Source: a virus. Taken from it: a stretch of 43,771 nt of DNA. Numbering within the stretch: position 1 is the first letter of the stretch; the number at the start of each line of letters is the position of its first letter. Made by a program: the position numbers and the translations under genes. Location: UHGV virus genome UHGV-0190965. One strand, written 5' to 3'. The notes under the pieces were generated by a model. The model saw only the letters and a program-made list of their open reading frames with translations. It ran no database searches and was not told the DNA's origin. Below are positions 38,010 to 43,771 of the stretch, one piece after another.

Positions 38010-38705
38010 ATGGGAGCTGCATCTACAAGGTGCTATGTAAAGGCATATTACGACTGGATCGAGCAAACAGCAGCACTGGAAGATGACGAAAAAGGCCGTC
38101 TGTTTGTTGCGATTTTAGAATATGCCAGGTCGGGTGAAATTCCTGCTAACCTCGGGAGAGAGTCTATTTTATTCCCGGTATTTAAGTCGGTCGTTGACCG
38201 TGACGCTCAAAAATCCGATGTGCTGGCTCAAAACGGAGCGGCTGGTGGCAGAGTGTCAAAAGCAAATGCAAGCAAATGCAAGCAAACGCAAGCAAATGTA
38301 AGCAAATGTAAGCCTACTAATAACATAAGACATAAGACAGAAGACAGAGAACATAAGACAGAAGACGATATACCCCCTAAATCCCCCTCCGCAGGGGACG
38401 CATTCGAGCGTTTCTGGTCAGTTTACCCGCGAAAAATCGGGAAACAGTCTGCTAAGAGAGCTTTCGAGCGGGTCAAGGTCCCACTCGAAACACTTGTGAT
38501 CGCAGTGGAGCGGCAGAAGTGCAGCGACCAATGGACGCAGAACAACGGGCAGTTTATTCCACACCCCACCACATGGCTGAATCAAGGCCGGTGGGACGAT
38601 GAGCTGCCCGAGAGCGCCGGGGGACGTCGGAACACTGGGGCTTTTACTGGCGGCGATGTATTCGCCGAGATGCTTGAGGAGGAAAAGAACCGTGGAAAGA
38701 GCTGA
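38010..38705 (+). CDS. Replication initiator (replisome organiser)
   Basis: Internal iterons; FERFWSVYPRK...HPTTWLNQGRWDD C-terminal domain. Confidence 0.85.
   Translation: MGAASTRCYVKAYYDWIEQTAALEDDEKGRLFVAILEYARSGEIPANLGRESILFPVFKSVVDRDAQKSDVLAQNGAAGGRVSKANASKCKQTQANVSKCKPTNNIRHKTEDREHKTEDDIPPKSPSAGDAFERFWSVYPRKIGKQSAKRAFERVKVPLETLVIAVERQKCSDQWTQNNGQFIPHPTTWLNQGRWDDELPESAGGRRNTGAFTGGDVFAEMLEEEKNRGKS
38260..38366 (+). repeat. Probable replication origin iterons
   Basis: 5 x AGCAAAYGYA (38261-38310), then about 6 x ACA(T/G)AAG (38323-38366), inside the initiator gene. Confidence 0.8.
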
Positions 38706-39075
38706 CGTAATTAGCCTTTTAGGTCGGTTAAAACAGGCTTATCCGCAGGCTTATGCCAAGATGACCCGCGCAGAAGCCGAAGAGCTGGTTTCCCTCTGGT
38801 CGGACATGCTGGACGGGGAAGACCCCGCCGAAGCGATGGACGCAGTAAATGCGCTGATTGCTGAGGATACGAGGGGATTTCCCCCGAAAGTCGGCCAAGT
38901 GCTTGCAAAGATCAGGGGCGCAGCTTCCCCGCGCGTCTCGGTGGCGTGGATGAAGCCATACATCGAGCGGATAGCCGAACAGGAGACATTCATGCCGAGT
39001 GTATCGCGTTATGCGAGAGAACACGGGCTGACGTGGGAAGCGGCGGCTGCCAAAATGGCGGGCGGTGCGCCGTGA
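38692..39075 (+). CDS. Helicase loader/inhibitor-like protein
   Basis: LKQAYP...LWSDML...FPPKVG pattern; follows the initiator. Confidence 0.7.
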   Translation: MERADVISLLGRLKQAYPQAYAKMTRAEAEELVSLWSDMLDGEDPAEAMDAVNALIAEDTRGFPPKVGQVLAKIRGAASPRVSVAWMKPYIERIAEQETFMPSVSRYAREHGLTWEAAAAKMAGGAP

Positions 39076-39278
39076 GCGGGTATCGCGGGGGCATTTTCAA
39101 GTGCCCGTTTTACTCGCGGGACTACCGCGACTATCTCAACTGCGAGGGTGCGCAAGTCAAGCTACCGAAAGAAGAGCTGGACGAATATACGAGGCGCTAC
39201 TGCGCCAACGAAGAATGGCGGCGCTGCCCGATTGCGCGGGCGCTGACGCTGCACTACGAAAGGACGGAGAACCGATGA
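39072..39278 (+). CDS. Four-Cys small protein (CPFY...C...C...CP)
   Basis: GTGA coupling; 68 aa. Confidence 0.65.
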   Translation: MSGYRGGIFKCPFYSRDYRDYLNCEGAQVKLPKEELDEYTRRYCANEEWRRCPIARALTLHYERTENR

Positions 39279-39658
39279 GCGAAAGAAACAGAGACAAGGT
39301 AAAACGGCTTGAGCACGAGCTCGGCAGATATCAGAAAAAAGTCGGCGAGCTGATGAAAGCGAATGCGAAGCTGCACGAGGATATAAAAGGGCTGAACCAA
39401 CTGCGCATGGCGTTCGACGCTTGGATTATCCAGATCGCGCTTGCCTACGGCGAGGCAGTGAAGGACCCCGACACGGGAGAAGATATCCCACGCATGAAGG
39501 CGCTCCACCTCGAAAGGCCGAAGGTGAACCCTCTGCTTGGGGAATACGAGATTCACCAGCGCGTCGATGAGAAGAACGTGATGCATATTGCAGTTGGCCT
39601 GCGGGACGATCCCGCGGACAGCAAGGAGGAGGCACACGATGGCGCTGACATCAGCTGA
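39275..39658 (+). CDS. Hypothetical coiled-coil protein
   Basis: GGAG SD; ATGA coupling. Confidence 0.65.
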   Translation: MSERNRDKVKRLEHELGRYQKKVGELMKANAKLHEDIKGLNQLRMAFDAWIIQIALAYGEAVKDPDTGEDIPRMKALHLERPKVNPLLGEYEIHQRVDEKNVMHIAVGLRDDPADSKEEAHDGADIS

Positions 39659-40085
39659 CCTCGCGAGGCTTGGGCCGCAGGCGCAGAAGCAGGTGCTTGA
39701 CAAGCTGGTAGGCGCACAGAAGCCGAAGAAAGGCAAGTACGGCAACCGCAAGGTCGTGTGCGACGGCATCAAGTTTGATTCCGAGCGCGAGGCGGCGCGG
39801 TTCGGCGAGTTGAAAGTGCTGCGCGCGATGGGAAAGATTCGCGATCTGCGGCTGCAAGCCAATTTTACGCTCGTGGAGGGCTACACGACCATTGAGGGCG
39901 AGCGCATCAAGCCGATGGTCTACCGCGCGGACTTTACCTACGAGCGGGCAGCCGAGCCGGACTGCAACGGCACGGTTTACTGGCTGCGCGAGGTCGAGGA
40001 CGCAAAGGGCACGAAAACAAAAGACTATCTGCTGAAAAAGAAGCTGATGCAGGACAAGTTCGGCATCACGATCCGCGAGGTGTGA
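39639..40085 (+). CDS. DUF1064-like PD-(D/E)xK nuclease
   Basis: KYGNRK...FDSEREA...YRADFTY...VEDAKG. Confidence 0.85.
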   Translation: MALTSADLARLGPQAQKQVLDKLVGAQKPKKGKYGNRKVVCDGIKFDSEREAARFGELKVLRAMGKIRDLRLQANFTLVEGYTTIEGERIKPMVYRADFTYERAAEPDCNGTVYWLREVEDAKGTKTKDYLLKKKLMQDKFGITIREV

Positions 40086-40086
40086 G

Positions 40087-40284
40087 ATGACAGCATTCGA
40101 GCATTGCCGCGTCTGCGAGCCGCCTGTGAGGCATCCGGGCTGTCAAAGCCATTGCCCTTACTACGCGGCAGACAAAGCCAAATGCGAGGAGAGACGCAAG
40201 GCGCAGAAAGAAGCATATCGAGCGGGAGACGATTTCCGCACGGTGCGCAGTTTTAAACAAAAGCGGCTGAAAAATCTGAAATGA
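40087..40284 (+). CDS. Small Cys/His protein
   Basis: GAGGTG SD; CRVC...HPGCQSHCPYY. Confidence 0.65.
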   Translation: MTAFEHCRVCEPPVRHPGCQSHCPYYAADKAKCEERRKAQKEAYRAGDDFRTVRSFKQKRLKNLK

Positions 40285-40307
40285 CGAAATGAGGGAGCGA
40301 AAAGATC

Positions 40308-40544
40308 TTGACAAAAAACATGAAGCACGTGCCGTTTAAGACAGTCGTATACCCGCGGCTCAGAGAAGCGTTGCAGGAATCCGGCATCACGCCGCCGGAG
40401 CTGAGCGAAAAGATCGGTGTTTCCCCGCTTTGCGTGTGGCGATGGACAACGGGGAAGAACGAATTCAGCATCGGCGTTATCAAGGCAATTCTTGCGGTGA
40501 CGGGGCTGACATTTGAAGAGGCTTTCGGGGAGGTGCGCGCATGA
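40308..40544 (+). CDS. XRE-type HTH protein
   Basis: ITPPELSEKIGVSPLCVWRW; start may be TTG40308 or ATG40320. Confidence 0.75.
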   Translation: MTKNMKHVPFKTVVYPRLREALQESGITPPELSEKIGVSPLCVWRWTTGKNEFSIGVIKAILAVTGLTFEEAFGEVRA

Positions 40545-40786
40545 GCAAAATCGTGAGACCGAAAACGCCGTTTGAGTTCTGCGTTTATCCGGTGCTCAAG
40601 GAAGCACTGGAAAAGACGAACTATAACCAGACCGAACTGGCGCAATCCCTCGGCACGTCGCAGTTTACGGTGTCGGCATGGGCGCGCGGCGACAGAGATG
40701 TGACGGTGCGGCTTCTGCTGGCGCTGGAAGATTTGACGGGGATGACGTTCCGGGAGCTGTTCGGGGAATGCGAGGGGAGAAGATGA
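40541..40786 (+). CDS. XRE-type HTH protein (paralogue of upstream gene)
   Basis: NQTELAQSLGTSQFTVSAW. Confidence 0.8.
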   Translation: MSKIVRPKTPFEFCVYPVLKEALEKTNYNQTELAQSLGTSQFTVSAWARGDRDVTVRLLLALEDLTGMTFRELFGECEGRR

Positions 40787-41460
40787 AGGTTTTAGTTGCC
40801 TGCGAGGAATCGCAAGAAGTGTGTAAGGCGTTCCGGGCATTGGGACATGAGGCGTATTCCTGTGATATTCAGGAGCCGTCCGGCGGACACCCTGAGTGGC
40901 ATATCCTGGGCGATGCGCTCAAGGCCATCGATGGGGGGCAAGTGACCACGATGGACAAGCAGACGCATGACGTCGGCAAATGGGACCTGCTGATCGCGCA
41001 CCCGCCGTGTACATACCTAACTGTTACCGGGAATCGCTGGTTTAATATTTCACGGTATGGCGGGAAAGCGGTTCAACGCTACAAAGACCGCGAAGAAGCC
41101 GCTGATTTCTTTATGCGGTTCGTTAAATGCAACTCTCCAAAAGTTGCGATTGAAAACCCTATTGGGTATATGTCAACAGCGTATCAAAAACCAACTCAAA
41201 TCATTCACCCATATATGTTTGGCGACCCGGCAAGAAAAGAAACCTGCTTATGGCTAAAGGGCCTGCCAAAACTAACACCCACCGATATAGTAGAGCCTGA
41301 CATTATTCACTACCAAAACGGTAACGGAACAGATAATCCGTGGCACATGGAAACTATGAAATTGCCACCAAAGGAGAGGGCAAAGGCGCGAAGCAAGACC
41401 TTTTACGGCATCGCCAAAGCAATGGCGGAGCAATGGGGCGGAGACATTAGGGAGGAATGA
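40783..41460 (+). CDS. Compact C5-cytosine DNA methyltransferase-like protein
   Basis: VLVACEES, SCDI, HPPC (catalytic PC), ENP and RSKTF motifs. Confidence 0.75.
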   Translation: MKVLVACEESQEVCKAFRALGHEAYSCDIQEPSGGHPEWHILGDALKAIDGGQVTTMDKQTHDVGKWDLLIAHPPCTYLTVTGNRWFNISRYGGKAVQRYKDREEAADFFMRFVKCNSPKVAIENPIGYMSTAYQKPTQIIHPYMFGDPARKETCLWLKGLPKLTPTDIVEPDIIHYQNGNGTDNPWHMETMKLPPKERAKARSKTFYGIAKAMAEQWGGDIREE

Positions 41461-41651
41461 CTATGTACATAGGAGGAACCTACAGCTGGGAGCCAACCGC
41501 TTTTATGGAAAACGGCTGGCGCGATGGGAATAAGAACCACAAAAAGGATGCCGTCCATGGGCGCGTCGTCTACATCAATGAGGCGCACCGCTACTTTACG
41601 GCGGAGGCGGATATTAACGGGAATAAGCTCAGAGAGAGCTTTAAATTTTAA
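41457..41651 (+). CDS. Hypothetical protein
   Basis: GGGAGG SD; ATGA coupling. Confidence 0.6.
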   Translation: MTMYIGGTYSWEPTAFMENGWRDGNKNHKKDAVHGRVVYINEAHRYFTAEADINGNKLRESFKF

Positions 41652-41674
41652 CAAAAATCAGGAGGAATTCTATC

Positions 41675-41962
41675 ATGACCAATCAGGACTACATCGTTCG
41701 CTGTGACCGCGCAGGCGTATTTTTCGGCAAGATCAAGGAGCGCAACGGTTCCGAGGTCACTATGACCGAGGTGCGTAAGCTGTGGAGTTGGGATGGCGCG
41801 TGCGCCGTTGAACAATTGGCTCAGGACGGCACAAAAGCACCGGGCAACTGCCGCTTTACAGTGACAATCCCGGAAATGACCGTGCTGGGAGCAATCCAGA
41901 TCATCCCGTGCACGGATGCGGCGTCGGTGTCGCTTCGCGGCGTAAAGGAGTGGAAGAGATGA
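41675..41962 (+). CDS. Small beta-barrel-like phage protein
   Basis: AGGAGG SD; IVR...AGVFFG...RKLWSWDGA...IIPC. Confidence 0.75.
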   Translation: MTNQDYIVRCDRAGVFFGKIKERNGSEVTMTEVRKLWSWDGACAVEQLAQDGTKAPGNCRFTVTIPEMTVLGAIQIIPCTDAASVSLRGVKEWKR

Positions 41963-42645
41963 CACTTGATGATAAGATCAAGGCATTCCTGCCAGTAAAC
42001 TCCGGCTCCGGCGACGGCTCCGGCTCCGGTTACGGCTACGGCTTCGGCTCCGGCGACGGCTCCGGCTACGGCGACGGCTACGGCTCCAGCTACGGCGACG
42101 GCTCCGGCGACGGCTCCGGCGACGGCTACGGCTCCGGCTCCGGCCACGGCTCCGGCTACGGCGACGGCTACGGCGACGGCATTAAAAGATTCAATGGAGA
42201 AAGAATCTATCAAATTGACGGTGTAAACACGTTGATTCGTTCCATGCGCGGCAACACCGCGCATGGGGCAATCGTGAACAACGATTTGACGATCGTGCCG
42301 TGCTATATCGTCAAGCAGGATAATGTTTTCGCACATGGCGAAACGCTGCGCGAGGCAATGGAGGCGCTGCGAGACAAGCTTTTTGAGGATATGCCGGAAG
42401 ATGAACGCATTGACACGTTTCTGCGCGAAACAGACCGTGAGAAAACATATCCAACGCAGTATTTTTACGGCTGGCATCACCGCTTGACCGGCTCGTGTGA
42501 CATGGGGCGAAAGCAATTTGCCCGCGACCACGGTGTCGACCTCGAGCGCGGCATGATGACGCTGACGGAGTTTTTGGAGCTGACAAAAGACGCTTACGGC
42601 GGCGACATGATTCGAAAAGTGATTTGTAAAATGCAGGAGGTGTAG
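41959..42645 (+). CDS. Protein with (S/D/Y)G dipeptide-repeat tract
   Basis: AAGGAG SD; about 30 xG dipeptides followed by a WHHRLTGSC-containing domain. Confidence 0.8.
   Translation: MTLDDKIKAFLPVNSGSGDGSGSGYGYGFGSGDGSGYGDGYGSSYGDGSGDGSGDGYGSGSGHGSGYGDGYGDGIKRFNGERIYQIDGVNTLIRSMRGNTAHGAIVNNDLTIVPCYIVKQDNVFAHGETLREAMEALRDKLFEDMPEDERIDTFLRETDREKTYPTQYFYGWHHRLTGSCDMGRKQFARDHGVDLERGMMTLTEFLELTKDAYGGDMIRKVICKMQEV
42001..42180 (+). repeat. Hexamer tandem repeat (TCC/GAC/TAC)GGC
   Basis: About 30 consecutive 6-nt units. Confidence 0.9.
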
Positions 42646-43148
42646 TGATGGAACGGCTGACTGAAAAGCACTATCTTGGCACCGACCATTACATGAAGTG
42701 TTCTGGCGGCTGCAATGTGGACATGGATTGCATAGATTGCCCATCGTTTGACTGTCTGGTTGAACGCCTCGCAGCCTACGAGGACACGGGGCTGACGCCG
42801 GAGGAAGTCCTGCCAAAAGATAAGGCAGACGAGATCGCGCTGAAGCTCATGCGTCTTGCTGATTTGGAGAGTTTTTGCAGTTATACCCGCCTGCGGGCGC
42901 TGGCCGAGGCCGACAAGGACGGGCGGCTGGTGGTGCCGCCGTGTAAGGTGGGCGATAAATTATACAGAGTGTTTGCCGGAGAAATCTTCGAGCACCGAGT
43001 TGGGAGCATGAAATACTTCGCAATACAGGGGAAGTGGGACATTGAAACGTACCCGTTCTGCCCATGCGTGGAAAGTTCCATAGGAAAAACGATTTTTCTC
43101 ACCCGTGAGAAAGCCAAAGCGGCATTGGAGGCGATGAAGGATGAGTAA
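42645..43148 (+). CDS. Phage early hypothetical protein
   Basis: MERLT...RLAAYEDTGLTPEEV...LVVPPCKVGD pattern. Confidence 0.75.
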   Translation: MMERLTEKHYLGTDHYMKCSGGCNVDMDCIDCPSFDCLVERLAAYEDTGLTPEEVLPKDKADEIALKLMRLADLESFCSYTRLRALAEADKDGRLVVPPCKVGDKLYRVFAGEIFEHRVGSMKYFAIQGKWDIETYPFCPCVESSIGKTIFLTREKAKAALEAMKDE

Positions 43149-43665
43149 GGCTGTTATGGTGAGCATCCGCCCGAAGTGGTGCGAGAAGATCATCAATGGC
43201 GATAAAACGATTGAGGTGCGCAAGACGCGGCCGAAGATAGACACGCCGTTTAAGTGCTATATCTACTGCACGCTGCAAGGCTGTAACGATTTTTTTCGAG
43301 TTGATCTTGGAGGTGATGTTGCCAAGTGGAACCGTGGCAAGTGGGCAGACCGCAAGGGCAAGGTTATCGGGGAGTTTACCTGCGACCGCATAGATAGACT
43401 TGCCCCAGAAAACGACTCGTATGGCATCTATGACATTGACGATGATTATGTATTTCAGACTTGCCTTGAAAATGGGGCACTATGGGATTATGGGCACGGA
43501 ACACCGCTTTACGGCTGGCACATCCCCGACCTGCGCATCTACGACAAGGCGCGCGAACTGAGCGAGTTTACCGGATTACGCAATACGAGATTCGGCGCAG
43601 CGCCATATGACATCAAGCGCGCGCCGCAGAGCTGGTGCTATGTGGAGGCGATGAACAATGGCTGA
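43141..43665 (+). CDS. ASCH-domain protein
   Basis: SIRPKWCEKIINGDKTIEVRK and PQSWCYV motifs. Confidence 0.85.
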   Translation: MSKAVMVSIRPKWCEKIINGDKTIEVRKTRPKIDTPFKCYIYCTLQGCNDFFRVDLGGDVAKWNRGKWADRKGKVIGEFTCDRIDRLAPENDSYGIYDIDDDYVFQTCLENGALWDYGHGTPLYGWHIPDLRIYDKARELSEFTGLRNTRFGAAPYDIKRAPQSWCYVEAMNNG

Positions 43666-43771
43666 ATTGAAACGCTGCCCTGAGTGCGGTAGAGTTGCAA
43701 TCGTTATCCATATGTACGATACCTACGATAGAGCAGATTTTGGGTGGGATGCCGGTTGTGGGGGATATAGG
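43658..43771 (+). CDS. N-terminal part of Lar-like protein (continues at position 1)
   Basis: MAELKRCPECG...; exactly 38 codons to the window end. Confidence 0.7.
   Translation, partial: MAELKRCPECGRVAIVIHMYDTYDRADFGWDAGCGGYR

Noticed and set aside
38260..38366. CRISPR-like array
   Set aside because: Contiguous short repeats without spacers inside the initiator gene; better explained as origin iterons.

Overview
The window appears to be a complete, circularly permuted 43.8-kb temperate phage genome in its excised form. A Lar-like ORF reads in frame from 43658-43771 into 1-99, and an intact attP (3' half of tRNA-Val(GAC) with integrase arm sites) lies at about 30750-31007. The host is probably a Clostridia-type gut Firmicute (inferred from the Prp protease, SLH-like endolysin tail and sigma-A promoters). 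The layout is podovirus-like: terS/terL, portal, Prp, scaffold, capsid, collagen fibre, DUF6273-like fibre, nozzle, ejection proteins including a 2776-aa polyvalent protein, lysis genes, a 5-gene accessory cassette, attP/integrase, switch, RecE/RecT-SSB-initiator and small early genes. The most unusual signals are: (1) a complete antisense sRNA gene (promoter, ~70-nt hairpin, U-tail) hidden in the giant protein gene just after a nuclease-like domain; (2) a 5-nt gap with a TAG stop in the terminase Walker A codons that fits ribosomal hopping; (3) a spore-surface-like cassette with 11-bp-phased operator repeats; (4) a late-promoter motif present four times, once firing antisense into the repressor; (5) a DGR-type variable region with no reverse transcriptase or template. 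Product names come from motif recognition by eye; no database searches were run.
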